Source of the DNA: a virus
Strand: one strand, 5' to 3'
Virus record (IMG/VR): IMGVR_UViG_3300025425_000010
Location: 9,748-73,747 of that record
Length of the DNA stretch: 64,000 bases
A program made the translations under genes and the position numbers. Positions 9,511-19,389 of the stretch are shown here, one piece after another. The notes under the pieces were generated by a model. It was not told the origin of the DNA and made no database searches. It saw nothing but the letters and a program-made list of their open reading frames with translations. How positions within the stretch are numbered: the stretch's first letter is position 1; each line of letters starts with the position of its first letter.

Positions 9511-10127
9511 TTTTTGAGTATGCTATTTAATTTAACATCTCTCATAACTGCTTTCAACCAACCTTCTGATGGTTTTGGTTCTTCACCATCTACGTCCAAT
9601 ACCCACATATCACCTTCTTTAAAATGATCACACCCATTGGCGTTATATTTACCAGAAGTTAAACTAGTTTCATCAAATATATCAGCATAACATCCATAAT
9701 CGGTGGATTCCACGGTGTAGTTGGAGTACCCTCGATCCTGTGAGTAATATCTTGAGCAATCTTCACAACTTTTTAACGGAGTATTGTTTAATAAATCGAT
9801 ATCGATTTTTATTTGCTCGATTGGATTTATGTTTGATAACTTATCTCTCAATTTTTTGATGAATAAGATTTTGACTTCTTCATCAACAATTATCGGGGTT
9901 TGTAATCTATCCACGGTGTGTATTTCGGTACATAGTGCTCCATTATATTCGGAAACAGATGCTATGGATTTATACTCATATCTACTCCACCCAGTACCTA
10001 CACATAAATAACATGACCAAAGACCTTCTTCCAAAGTATCTAGTTCGAATTGAACATTGACAGTAGGGTAACCATTTTTAGATGATAAACCCTTTCCCTT
10101 TACTCTCTTTGCCTTAATTACTTTCAT
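9507..10127 (-). CDS. Divergent riboflavin kinase-like domain fused to a Cys-rich domain, with C-terminal tag
   Basis: VKGKG...GYPTVN, EIH..D, FIKKLR...QIKID resemble the flavokinase G.PTAN/E.H/QI..D motifs. Ends RDVKLNSILKK. Confidence 0.55.
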   Translation of the reverse strand: MKVIKAKRVKGKGLSSKNGYPTVNVQFELDTLEEGLWSCYLCVGTGWSRYEYKSIASVSEYNGALCTEIHTVDRLQTPIIVDEEVKILFIKKLRDKLSNINPIEQIKIDIDLLNNTPLKSCEDCSRYYSQDRGYSNYTVESTDYGCYADIFDETSLTSGKYNANGCDHFKEGDMWVLDVDGEEPKPSEGWLKAVMRDVKLNSILKK

Positions 10128-10344
10128 TTAATAATTCGTGTAGTCGTTTGTTACGTACATTTTTAACCAATTCTACCTCAGATTCATATACAAATTTAAT
10201 CCTAACCGTGTCACTGGACATCACAATCTTATACTCAATTATATCATTAACTAAGAGTACTTCATTTATACACCACTGGGTATTATTATGAAAGACAAAA
10301 TCTTCCTTAGTATATAATGCTCTTATGTAGGGTATATCATTCAT
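10114..10344 (-). CDS. Hypothetical protein with C-terminal tag
   Basis: Ends RNKRLHELLNESN. Confidence 0.6.
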   Translation of the reverse strand: MNDIPYIRALYTKEDFVFHNNTQWCINEVLLVNDIIEYKIVMSSDTVRIKFVYESEVELVKNVRNKRLHELLNESN

Positions 10345-10381
10345 AGTACTTATTTAAGTATTCTCTATTGTCGTTGATTAC

Positions 10382-11122
10382 TCATCTTCTAAATACCTCC
10401 ACTAATTTCATAGAACTTTTCCGAAGTTCAATATATTGAATAAACCTGTGACGGTGTTCTTCAAGAGCCTCTAAGTCAGAATCACCTATTGTACCTCTCA
10501 ATAACATATTTTTGAGTTCTGGGTAGTTCTTGATGATACCGTTCTTAGTATATGAATCACTTTCATATCCATCAATGAGTGAGAACACTTGTCCAAACTG
10601 AAAGCTAAGAACTTTATAGATATCTTCGATTTTATCTTTTTTACCAGGAAAATCGGTCATTTTAGTATAGTCAATCTTCTTAATGACTTTCAATTTCATA
10701 AGAGCATCACCACGTAGAGCCTTCTTTATTTCGACCCTCATATCAGTTCTCGAATAAAATGTTATAAGGAACCGACACACTCGAATTACCTTCTCGTTGA
10801 TATCCCTCTCAACACTAGATTTTATAGGGTTGTCGAAGTATTGCCTATGGTTGTCGTAGGTGTAGAATAGAACATTACTCAACTCATCTTTCGTACCTTT
10901 AAAACAATCGATTAATTGATTACCATCCACACCACCAAATACACCAATGTTGCAGTTTAATGGTTTCCCCGTTAATAGCTTTTTAGACAACTTGTCATTC
11001 CAGTGTTTACAGATTTCGTGTGCATCATCTATGTTTCGTGGTATCTCATCAACGGACACAAGAACATCATAGTCTTGTGAGTTTTCGGATCCAAATAAAT
11101 AGAAAGGTGTTTTCGTATCCAT
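10382..11122 (-). CDS. Putative nucleotidyltransferase
   Basis: YLFGS..SQDYDVLV (GS..DxD) motif. Confidence 0.55.
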   Translation of the reverse strand: MDTKTPFYLFGSENSQDYDVLVSVDEIPRNIDDAHEICKHWNDKLSKKLLTGKPLNCNIGVFGGVDGNQLIDCFKGTKDELSNVLFYTYDNHRQYFDNPIKSSVERDINEKVIRVCRFLITFYSRTDMRVEIKKALRGDALMKLKVIKKIDYTKMTDFPGKKDKIEDIYKVLSFQFGQVFSLIDGYESDSYTKNGIIKNYPELKNMLLRGTIGDSDLEALEEHRHRFIQYIELRKSSMKLVEVFRR

Positions 11123-11171
11123 TAAACAAATATACTAAATAATACATATAATACATAAATTATTATTAACT

Positions 11172-11654
11172 ATGGAAAATTTGAATATTATTGAGATAAA
11201 TGACACACATAGGGAAGAAGTAATTAACATATTCAAAAATACGTTTGGGGAAAGTCAATGGAATGGTTGGTTAGAACTTGAATTGAAAGAAGCTGTTTTT
11301 AATGGTAATAGCTACTATAAAATTGACCTGTATGGTATAGTCATAAATGGTAGTATAGTATCGGTGGCTGGAATTGCTGACGGTATGTTCCTGGATAGTA
11401 TTAAAACACTTAGATTGGGAGCTACATTACCAGAATTTACTAAAAGAGGGTTTATGGACACATTGGTTCAATATAGATTGAACTTATTGAAAGCTAAAGG
11501 ATATGCAGGTGTTTTGGTTAGTACAATGTTTCCACATAGGTATACCAAGTATGGGTTTTCACTCATACAGAGTAGTGATTCTTACAAGGCGCTATACCTT
11601 GATATGGAAAATCTTAATATTTCCCATATATCAAATGTACGGAAAATTATTTAA
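11172..11654 (+). CDS. GNAT family acetyltransferase
   Basis: ATLPEFTKRGFM acetyl-CoA motif A and YTKYGF motif B. Confidence 0.7.
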   Translation: MENLNIIEINDTHREEVINIFKNTFGESQWNGWLELELKEAVFNGNSYYKIDLYGIVINGSIVSVAGIADGMFLDSIKTLRLGATLPEFTKRGFMDTLVQYRLNLLKAKGYAGVLVSTMFPHRYTKYGFSLIQSSDSYKALYLDMENLNISHISNVRKII

Positions 11655-11683
11655 TCTCTCAGTATTTTTAAAGACATATTATT

Positions 11684-12004
11684 TCATACGTCTTCGATAT
11701 TAAACCCCAAAGAATCGATTCGTTTTTCAGAACGTGATTTCAATTCATCATCTATGAATTTCTTCTTCTCCTTAAATATACTAATTCTATTCTTTTCTGA
11801 ATTTTTCAAATCATAATATATACCCTCATCTTCTTCTCTACTATCCCAAACACCACCAAGTGATTCTTCACCGGTTTCATCATCAAGTACTACCTCTAAA
11901 CCAAGTCCGAGTGGATGTAAAAACCTTCTGTTCAATTCTTGAAGATATCCCTTCTCACGGAATTCTTTAATATCTATGCGTTTAATATCTGTTGATTTTC
12001 TCAT
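11684..12004 (-). CDS. Hypothetical protein
   Basis: ORF, co-oriented operon. Confidence 0.6.
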   Translation of the reverse strand: MRKSTDIKRIDIKEFREKGYLQELNRRFLHPLGLGLEVVLDDETGEESLGGVWDSREEDEGIYYDLKNSEKNRISIFKEKKKFIDDELKSRSEKRIDSLGFNIEDV

Positions 12005-12017
12005 CTTGTTCTATTTT

Positions 12018-12260
12018 TTAGTAATTAATTCTATTCGGCTTCAATTTACCAGACATAACATCATCCATCATTTTTGGATGATAATCATCCAGTAATTTTT
12101 TTCGTGTAACATTCCATCCAACCGGTGGTATTGTATAATCTTCAAAATATGTGTATCTGATCATGCCACAAAGGCTTTCACCAGCACCCTTAATATCACC
12201 ATTAAGTTCTACTTCAAACTCACCATCACCAATATGTTTTACTATGTAGTTATCTTCCAT
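12018..12260 (-). CDS. Hypothetical protein
   Basis: ORF, co-oriented operon. Confidence 0.5.
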   Translation of the reverse strand: MEDNYIVKHIGDGEFEVELNGDIKGAGESLCGMIRYTYFEDYTIPPVGWNVTRKKLLDDYHPKMMDDVMSGKLKPNRINY

Positions 12261-12270
12261 TAGTAGTTCA

Positions 12271-13131
12271 TTAGTAGTTCATTATAAGTACTTCAGTCGA
12301 TTTATTGACTGGCTTACCTTTTTTGGCTCCTGATATCTTATGAAATTCTTTCTCTACCCATCGATACTTATCCTTTGGGAAAAACTCTTCTAGTTCCGGG
12401 AAGTAATAGTATGATAATGACCAACGAGCTTCTAGTTTCTTCATACAGTCAGCAAGTCTCTCATGTGTGTGTAATCCGAACTCGTGGTTAGAGTAATAAT
12501 TCTCTTTTGTGAAATATGGTGGGTCAAGGTAAAAATAAGCTCCTGGACCGTCATATTGTAACATCAACTTCTCAAAGTCCATACATTCAACATGTGTGAT
12601 TTTATCAAAGTGACGTTTCAGACTCTTACCGTGATTACTGAAATTCAGTTTTCTCGAAAAGGCTCCAAACTTACAGTTGTATTTACCCCTAAGATCAATG
12701 AACTTAGCCGTCTCAGGTTTTGACCCAGAGAACACTTGACCGAGTACATAAGCGTACTTCATGGCCGTTTGGAAATCAGGGTTCTCAACATCTAAGATAA
12801 GTTCTTTACCGAAAATCTCTTTCTGATACTCATAGAACCACTCAGGGTACTTGGGATCAGTAACATCTTCATGCCTCTCCTGATACTTCTGATTAGCCAA
12901 ATGAGGATAAAATTTCTCATACTGCCTAACAGCAGCAAAGATGTTGGCATTTAATGGATTGAAATCGTTATAAATAACATCCTTCAAATTTGTGTATTGT
13001 TCTAAGTCCATTTCATAATAGAGGTTGAACATGCCACCAAACGGCTCACAGTAAGTTTCAATATCCTTTGGGATAAACTCATCTATCCATTTGCCGATCT
13101 TACCGCGTTTACTACCTATGTATGAAATCAT
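12271..13131 (-). CDS. dam: DNA adenine methyltransferase (D12/Dam-like)
   Basis: SYIGSK, YCEPFGG, IYNDFN and YLDPPY motifs. Confidence 0.9.
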   Translation of the reverse strand: MISYIGSKRGKIGKWIDEFIPKDIETYCEPFGGMFNLYYEMDLEQYTNLKDVIYNDFNPLNANIFAAVRQYEKFYPHLANQKYQERHEDVTDPKYPEWFYEYQKEIFGKELILDVENPDFQTAMKYAYVLGQVFSGSKPETAKFIDLRGKYNCKFGAFSRKLNFSNHGKSLKRHFDKITHVECMDFEKLMLQYDGPGAYFYLDPPYFTKENYYSNHEFGLHTHERLADCMKKLEARWSLSYYYFPELEEFFPKDKYRWVEKEFHKISGAKKGKPVNKSTEVLIMNY

Positions 13132-13808
13132 TTCTTTCTGTATTTAGTTTTTGTTATACTTATGTTATATGCTTCTTCAAAGATAAGTTGCTTTCGTTTG
13201 AGAAAAAACTTGGAATCTTTATATAAATAATCGTATAGTGTTTCAATATCTTTATATCCTGACCAGCCGATGTACTTATAGTTCTCAGGACCATAAGGTT
13301 TATTTAAATTTATACTAATTTCTCGATTTAAGTGTGTATTTAAGTCATTTATGAATGGAAAACTAGCTGATATTATCCGAACATCACCTCTTTTATGACC
13401 TTCACGACCCTTTCTATTTTCTTTCTTTATCCTAACACAACCATCTCCATCGAAATATCCTCGGATGAAATGACGATATAATGTTTTGTCTTTTAGTTTG
13501 GGAAATTGTAATGTGAATGTCTTATTAGAATGTACTCCTAAATTAATAAGATCGGATTTCATCTTCTTACTCGATATACCTATCTCACATATATCTTTCC
13601 GTTTGGAGCTATGCCATATATCACCCTCGAATTCCACACACTTTGAGAAGGATTCCAATACTTCGATATCTTTGTTATTTATTTTAATTGTCAATTTGTT
13701 ACGATTCTTAGCAACACTCCCATCAGCCATTAAGAACCCAAGGAAGTATGCCTTATGTTCTGAATCGATATTTTCGAAGTAATTTTGGTTAAATTCTATT
13801 CTCTTCAT
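13128..13808 (-). CDS. LAGLIDADG homing endonuclease
   Basis: YFLGFLMADG and FIRGYFDGDG motifs. Confidence 0.85.
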   Translation of the reverse strand: MKRIEFNQNYFENIDSEHKAYFLGFLMADGSVAKNRNKLTIKINNKDIEVLESFSKCVEFEGDIWHSSKRKDICEIGISSKKMKSDLINLGVHSNKTFTLQFPKLKDKTLYRHFIRGYFDGDGCVRIKKENRKGREGHKRGDVRIISASFPFINDLNTHLNREISINLNKPYGPENYKYIGWSGYKDIETLYDYLYKDSKFFLKRKQLIFEEAYNISITKTKYRKK

Positions 13809-13883
13809 AAAGTAACCTTTGTTCTTTTTTTGTATATAACGTATATATAGAAAGAATCCCGGCCCCTTTAGGTGCCAATAATT

Positions 13884-14075
13884 ATGAGTAGAGAAAGGAA
13901 AATAACAGATACGCAGGCCACTCAGTATGCTGAGGGCCGAAAACAGTACAACAGTGATAAGTCGTTAGTTCAGATACGTAAGGAGACTCACGTTAGGTTG
14001 AAGGCTTATTGTAAGGAGAATGGTATATCGATTATCGATTATTTGGATGAGTTGATTGGTAAGGGAATCTCTTAG
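13884..14075 (+). CDS. Ribbon-helix-helix-like small regulator
   Basis: SLVQIRKETHVRLKAYCKENGISIIDYLDELI pattern; divergent from the endonuclease gene. Confidence 0.55.
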   Translation: MSRERKITDTQATQYAEGRKQYNSDKSLVQIRKETHVRLKAYCKENGISIIDYLDELIGKGIS

Positions 14076-14395
14076 TCGTGGTACTGTTTACTCTTACGGT
14101 TGATTACGGCCAATATCATATTATATTCAATGAACATGACATCCCTGGTCCTTCTGAGGCATTATCGAGTCTGGAAGGTTTGTAAAAATCTCTAACCATT
14201 TGGATGGCTTCATCGAAGTTACCTTCTGTTAATAGAGGTTCAATTTGGTCGGCAATTATTTTGTTCAATTTCACACCAATTTCATCAATGTGATTATAGT
14301 ACTCCAAACATTTTTTTCATTTCATCGACAATGTTTAAGTCTTCGATTGGTTCATCTGATTCGTTGAATCTTTTTATATGTTTTCTCTCTGCCAT
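14073..14395 (-). pseudogene. Leader-bearing protein with homopolymer frameshifts
   Basis: MAERKHIKRFNES... (ATG 14395) joins ORF 14116-14307 if the A7 run (14311-14317) is A6. A second indel near 14144 would extend it to about 14073. Confidence 0.45.
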
Positions 14396-14440
14396 GTTCT
14401 ATATATTAAAAGAATTTTACTTATTTTCTTTACGACTGGT

Positions 14441-14911
14441 TTAGGTCAATATTTTACTAATATGATTGAAGCATTCCTTAACCTCCGGTCTATTCATAAT
14501 TTCAGACTTGTTATTTTCCCATAATTCGTCACATTGTCTTTTTACTTGTGGAACACGGGTGTAGACTTCCATTATATAGTCGGTGTATTCGGATTCTTTC
14601 TTATGTAATGTGAATAAATGGTTTATATGGTAATTCAGATAGCTAGCTAATATTTCCTGTTCGTAAAGTCGTTGTGAGAGTTTATCTATTGTGTATTCAG
14701 TACCAATTTCTGGGTATCCAAGGTTTGGTAGTTGTCTTTCTTCTTCAGTAGCAACTAACCAATGGCATATCTCGTGTGTTAGTGATGTCCAATTACCAGC
14801 GTATATTTTATCATCGGTTTGTTTAAAACATATATCGCCAAGTCTGGTCCTTTTACCAGTAGTGTAATATACGAGAGGTATTAGTAGTTCGAGATATGTA
14901 CCTACTAGTTT
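14441..14911 (-). CDS. HExxH protein resembling EF-P hydroxylase EpmC/YfcM (no ATG/GTG/TTG start upstream of the motif)
   Basis: Manual translation: 156 open codons containing THEICHWLVATEEERQLPNLG, in frame right after the TAA of 14912-15109. Confidence 0.5.
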   Translation of the reverse strand, partial: KLVGTYLELLIPLVYYTTGKRTRLGDICFKQTDDKIYAGNWTSLTHEICHWLVATEEERQLPNLGYPEIGTEYTIDKLSQRLYEQEILASYLNYHINHLFTLHKKESEYTDYIMEVYTRVPQVKRQCDELWENNKSEIMNRPEVKECFNHISKILT

Positions 14912-15109
14912 TTAATTGAAATTGTTATCGGCCTTAATTAATGTGAGCTTATCTGATTCGACTTTCCACATCCCGGCACAAAAGTATTCTTCTAAATTTG
15001 ATTCGTATAATTCTTCGGCTTTTTCTAAACTGAGGAATGTTAAGTCAATAATGTCGAGTAGGTCTATACCATACTCATTTCCGGGTAATACGAGGTATTT
15101 GTCTTCCAT
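14912..15109 (-). CDS. Hypothetical protein
   Basis: ORF; its 5' end is duplicated 240 bp upstream. Confidence 0.5.
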   Translation of the reverse strand: MEDKYLVLPGNEYGIDLLDIIDLTFLSLEKAEELYESNLEEYFCAGMWKVESDKLTLIKADNNFN

Positions 15110-15113
15110 GTCG

Positions 15114-15287
15114 TTATTTCAAAGACTTCGTATAATTCCCTCCTTTTATGTGGAAGTAACATGCGGGTATAGCAAGTAGTAGAACGACAAACGTGAAGAA
15201 AATTGTATATTGTGTAGTAAATTCCAATATTAAAAATATAATTTGTAATGTGTTGAAAAAGAATCCTATTTTTTTGTATTTATTCAT
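15114..15287 (-). CDS. Small membrane protein (57 aa, not in ORF track)
   Basis: MNKYKKIGFFFNTLQIIFLILEF...FVVLLLAIPACY, lying between 40-bp direct repeats. Confidence 0.5.
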   Translation of the reverse strand: MNKYKKIGFFFNTLQIIFLILEFTTQYTIFFTFVVLLLAIPACYFHIKGGNYTKSLK

Positions 15288-15352
15288 TTTATCATATTTA
15301 ATTTTATACCATACTTATTTCCGGGTAATACGAGGTATTTGTCTCTCATTAT

Positions 15353-15931
15353 CTATTCACCTTCTTGAACTTCTTTAATCTTATCTCGGTACATAGCAGC
15401 AGTTACATAATCTTCGATAAGAAGTGCTTCATCCAACATTCGTTGCATGTCTTCTATTGAGAGTATATTACCTTTTTTTGTAGAACTGTTTGATGTTTGT
15501 TCTTCCGGAATAATATTACCATCAGTATCTATTTCCATACCAATTTGGTCGAGTACTTCTTCTTGTGCGTATAAAGGACACTCGAATGCTAGTGATAAGG
15601 CAATGCCGTCACCAGCGGTGCAATCTATAATTCTAGACTCGATGCCATTAGAGACAACTATTCTAGCGTAAAAAATACCAGCTAGTAATTTATAAATTTC
15701 AACCTCTTGGCAATCCATATCGAATTCTACACAGACGGATTGTACGAGTTCGTGAGTGAAAGGTCTTGGTGATTCCATACCCTCTACTTTAAGAGCTATA
15801 AATTGAGCATCATTTGTTTTTATGATAATTGGTAATTTACGTGATCCATTTTGTTCAGCAAGAATACATATATATGATCCTATTTGACTCTGTGAGTATT
15901 GTAGTCCGAAAACTTTAACTTCTCTTTTCAT
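15353..15931 (-). CDS. Bifunctional nuclease family (DUF151) protein with C-terminal UVR domain
   Basis: LPIII..AQFIA..PRPFTHEL...GIFYARI...DGIAL; EDYVTAAMYRDKI UVR motif. Confidence 0.85.
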   Translation of the reverse strand: MKREVKVFGLQYSQSQIGSYICILAEQNGSRKLPIIIKTNDAQFIALKVEGMESPRPFTHELVQSVCVEFDMDCQEVEIYKLLAGIFYARIVVSNGIESRIIDCTAGDGIALSLAFECPLYAQEEVLDQIGMEIDTDGNIIPEEQTSNSSTKKGNILSIEDMQRMLDEALLIEDYVTAAMYRDKIKEVQEGE

Positions 15932-15965
15932 GTCTGTTCTATATTATATTAATCTATTAGTTTTA

Positions 15966-15995
15966 CAAATATACGAATTAATCTCGTACATACAA
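15966..15995 (-). promoter_or_regulatory. Bacteroidota-type primary sigma promoter (TTG-N19-TATATTTG)
   Basis: Matches the -33/-7 consensus; upstream of the DUF151 gene. Confidence 0.7.
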
Positions 15996-15999
15996 TGTT

Positions 16000-16662
16000 T
16001 TAATCTTGTAAGAGTAAATCAGCAGCACTCGTGCTACAAAATCCCAGTGGCTTACAAAACACTCGATAGTCAAGCCCTCTCAGCCATGGAGCATAAGCCT
16101 TGTATGTAGCATAAGATTTATTTACTTGTTTCTTACCTCTTTGGTTTATAGTAAATTCTTTGGGATTATAGTCCAAGTGTATATCAACTAGTTTGAATTC
16201 TTTCTCCTTTTCGAATGGTGTGAGAGCCATATTATCTATAAATTTCTCTACTTGATGTCCTTCAACCCAATCGTTTTCACCCTCACATTTCTGTAAATGG
16301 AACTTATATCTCTTTCTTTCGGTTTCATCTAAATCTTCTCGTATGTACTCACCGGTTAATTCTTCGTTCAAATATTCAGCAATTTCATAAGCATAAACTG
16401 ATTCTTGATAGAGTCTTTCTTCATTATCTCGTATCTTATCTTTTCTTTCTCTGAAGAAAACAACATGAGCACCGTTACGGATATCTTTGTTGTGCATCAT
16501 TATAGTACATGCATAGACTGTCTTTCTACGTTTCTGTATGGAATCACATCCAACGGATATGGTTGTACCAGGCTCGTTCTTTAGGAAGTCTTTCAAGTAC
16601 TCTACTATGTCAGTGATTTTATCTCCTCCAAATTTCTTAAAACTGTCTTTATACCTACTCAT
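16000..16662 (-). CDS. RNase H-like YkuK (DUF458) protein
   Basis: VGCDS, RLYQE, IHLDYN and AADLL motifs. Confidence 0.8.
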   Translation of the reverse strand: MSRYKDSFKKFGGDKITDIVEYLKDFLKNEPGTTISVGCDSIQKRRKTVYACTIMMHNKDIRNGAHVVFFRERKDKIRDNEERLYQESVYAYEIAEYLNEELTGEYIREDLDETERKRYKFHLQKCEGENDWVEGHQVEKFIDNMALTPFEKEKEFKLVDIHLDYNPKEFTINQRGKKQVNKSYATYKAYAPWLRGLDYRVFCKPLGFCSTSAADLLLQD

Positions 16663-16868
16663 TACATTACATCTATTTTTAATATAGAATTACTAATTAC
16701 TTGTGGTGGTATTACAACATGACCACCATCTTCTGTTACCATCTCGAATCCACTTTTATAGTAGTCTTTCGATGCTTCGGTGAGTCCATCAAGTTCGGGT
16801 TTTGTCATTTCAAGAACGTCACCTTTAAACTCACCGAGTTCAGAAATAATTCTAATTCTAACTTTCAT
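16662..16868 (-). CDS. Hypothetical protein
   Basis: ORF, translationally coupled. Confidence 0.55.
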   Translation of the reverse strand: MKVRIRIISELGEFKGDVLEMTKPELDGLTEASKDYYKSGFEMVTEDGGHVVIPPQVISNSILKIDVM

Positions 16869-16881
16869 TTAGAAGTATACT

Positions 16882-16916
16882 AAAAAAGGGGGTCTTTGTT
16901 TACAAAGACCCCCTTT
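16882..16916. terminator. Intrinsic terminator hairpin
   Basis: AAAAAAGGGGGTCTTTGT-TT-ACAAAGACCCCCTTT after the AAA gene. Confidence 0.85.
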
Positions 16917-16938
16917 AATTCGATATGTTACGAGTAGA

Positions 16939-18066
16939 TTACTTATTGTTAATCTCGTGGATTGTTTTAAGAACTTCACGGAAATTCAAAAGGAATTTTC
17001 TCAACTTATTACCAGTTACATCGTAGTTGTTATCTACAAGGAACAAAAGGTAACCAGTCAATTCATCTTCACCAACTGTATTCAAGAACTCAACACAATT
17101 TTCAAGTTGTTTGGGGGTGAGTTCATTGAGATCCAACTCTTTAAGTGAGTTAAGAAGTTCTGATTTCTTATCTCGGTTGTATCTCTCAATGTCTTTCTTA
17201 ACCTTTTTGTAGTTGTTCAAAACATCTTGGATGCTGATGTTCAACATATCCTCACAGTACTGGATGTATTTCATTGCGGAAACTCCAACATAAGAACCAG
17301 CGAGGTTTTTCAACATCGGAAGGAAAGTTCGTGCCGAAGCGTCTTTTCCATAGTTCTTAATGATAAACTCACTCATCATCGTCCAAGATCGTGGAGATGC
17401 GTAAGCTGTATAGGTTGAATCATCGGTCGGATCAACATACAACTTCTCAGGGTGAGCTTTCAAATAACTAACAATTGTACTATGTACATTGTTCTCAGCA
17501 AAATTCTCAATCCACTCAAGGATTCCCAGTGTGTGTTTAACGTGAATCAATCGGTTGTTAAGAGCTGAATCGAACTCTTCAACATCAGTACCATCTTCGT
17601 CACCAAGGTTACCTGATGCCATCATAAGAACGTTATTATTGAACGAGAAGTTCGTACCAATCTCACGTTCAAGTAAGATTTGAAGAGCTGCGTTACGAAC
17701 GGCTTGTGTAGCTCTGTTCAACTCTTCAAAGTGTATGATAGTTGGTTGCTTGTTAGCATCATCAGCCCATCGTGGAACAACGTGGTCAAGAACCTTCTTA
17801 CCATCGATTTCACTCACATTTGGAAACAGACCTACATCAGTCTCATCAACCATTGACAATCTAATGTCCATGTATCGAAATCCCATTTTTTCAGCAATTG
17901 ATCGAGCAATTGCTGATTTTGCTACACCAGGTTTTGCCGTGATGAAAAGTACACCATACTTAGCCCACATTGTACGAAAATACAACTCTTCTTTTTGGGT
18001 TAGTGTTTTCAAGTGTTCAGCGAACGGTTGTTCTTCAATCATTGTTTTATCTTTTTCTTCACTCAT
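16939..18066 (-). CDS. MoxR-like AAA+ ATPase
   Basis: AKPGVAKS Walker A variant, HFEELNRA Walker B, ASGN sensor, ALNNR arginine finger, SPRSW. Confidence 0.85.
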   Translation of the reverse strand: MSEEKDKTMIEEQPFAEHLKTLTQKEELYFRTMWAKYGVLFITAKPGVAKSAIARSIAEKMGFRYMDIRLSMVDETDVGLFPNVSEIDGKKVLDHVVPRWADDANKQPTIIHFEELNRATQAVRNAALQILLEREIGTNFSFNNNVLMMASGNLGDEDGTDVEEFDSALNNRLIHVKHTLGILEWIENFAENNVHSTIVSYLKAHPEKLYVDPTDDSTYTAYASPRSWTMMSEFIIKNYGKDASARTFLPMLKNLAGSYVGVSAMKYIQYCEDMLNISIQDVLNNYKKVKKDIERYNRDKKSELLNSLKELDLNELTPKQLENCVEFLNTVGEDELTGYLLFLVDNNYDVTGNKLRKFLLNFREVLKTIHEINNK

Positions 18067-18187
18067 CTTTTTTTTGTTTAGTGATTGTTATTAATTATTA
18101 CTTTACAAATATTACTTTATTATTAAACTACTTATTTTTGTTAGAATATTTCCATTTTATTTTTTTGTGGGTTAGTATTTGTTTATT

Positions 18188-18385
18188 TTAATTATCTTGT
18201 GATATTATATCCTCATGAAGTTCTTTCACCAATTTCATATATGTCTTCATAATATCATAGACCTCTTTTGGTATATCGCTAACTGTATTGTGGTCGATGA
18301 TTTCCAACAGAATGACTTTTCTTTCTTCGTCATTGGATGCTGTTTCTAATTTCTCAGTGTATTCTTTAACGTTTAATTTTTCCAT
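18188..18385 (-). CDS. Hypothetical protein
   Basis: ORF behind a consensus promoter. Confidence 0.55.
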   Translation of the reverse strand: MEKLNVKEYTEKLETASNDEERKVILLEIIDHNTVSDIPKEVYDIMKTYMKLVKELHEDIISQDN

Positions 18386-18406
18386 ATTGTTTGAATTAAT
18401 TCTTTA

Positions 18407-18439
18407 CAAATATACGGATAACTTTTCGTTACGGCCAAA
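18407..18439 (-). promoter_or_regulatory. Bacteroidota-type promoter (TTTG-N21-TATATTTG)
   Basis: Consensus match. Confidence 0.75.
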
Positions 18440-18444
18440 CTTTT

Positions 18445-18822
18445 TTATAATTTATTTTCCAGTATGTATATTTTGACATCATTTGTGTGTAAAATATCAT
18501 ATTTCACACCATCAACATCGGTTTCATTTAGTGTCCAATTGGGTTGTGTAGTTGGATTATATTTAATCTCTTGGTCTTTTTCGTCAGTTAATGACTCTTT
18601 ATTGACCACATCTACGATATTACATTCAATCCAAGCACAAACTGTCTTGTGTGCTCCTTTGAAAATATTCTTAGCGGTTTTCTTATTATTATGTAGTTTA
18701 CAATCAAACATAATAAGTGTTACTTCGGAAGGGTTGTGATATGTGGGTTTATTATTATCATCTCGTATCTGCCATTTCTTATAATTGGCTCCTCGACCTA
18801 GATTAAATCTCACTTTATACAT
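18445..18822 (-). CDS. Hypothetical protein
   Basis: ORF in operon. Confidence 0.6.
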   Translation of the reverse strand: MYKVRFNLGRGANYKKWQIRDDNNKPTYHNPSEVTLIMFDCKLHNNKKTAKNIFKGAHKTVCAWIECNIVDVVNKESLTDEKDQEIKYNPTTQPNWTLNETDVDGVKYDILHTNDVKIYILENKL

Positions 18823-19163
18823 TGTGGTTTTGGTCCTTTACCGTGTTTTTTGAAGAAATCTAGAGCTTCTTCTCCATAAATTGTAATACCATCGCTCGCA
18901 TGTTCTGAGAATGATGCATATGGTTCTGATGTTGGTTCATCGATGCCGTGTCCACAACAAGCGTGAAATACTCCGGGAAGGTTATTGATGCATGGATCGT
19001 GTTTATCATCAGTCATTAAAAATTTACAAGATGGACAATATCGTTTATCATCTCTACTAATGGGTTCGTGTGTGTCTTGGTAACGCCATATACATTCCTC
19101 ACAATCAGCATCAATGTATATTTTGTGGCCGAAATAGTGTGCTTTGGCTTTATATTCCATCAC
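18810..19163 (-). CDS. Cys/His-rich hypothetical protein
   Basis: CPSC...HDPC...ACCGHG. Confidence 0.6.
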   Translation of the reverse strand: MMEYKAKAHYFGHKIYIDADCEECIWRYQDTHEPISRDDKRYCPSCKFLMTDDKHDPCINNLPGVFHACCGHGIDEPTSEPYASFSEHASDGITIYGEEALDFFKKHGKGPKPQCIK

Positions 19164-19348
19164 CTATTTTTTAGAATTTCTTTATATTCTGTCATTATCT
19201 TATCAAATAATGGTTCGTCTAAATCCTTAAGTGAATTTATTAATTTACCAATTCTTGATTTTTTAGGAGTTAATTTACCCTCACCGATACTTACCATTTT
19301 CTGACGTATTGTGGATTCGAGCTTAATTAGTTGTTTTTCGTTTGACAT
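19160..19348 (-). CDS. Hypothetical protein
   Basis: ORF in operon. Confidence 0.55.
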   Translation of the reverse strand: MSNEKQLIKLESTIRQKMVSIGEGKLTPKKSRIGKLINSLKDLDEPLFDKIMTEYKEILKNR

Positions 19349-19389
19349 ATTTCTTCTAAGTGAAAATGTCCTAAAAGTTTATTTATTAA

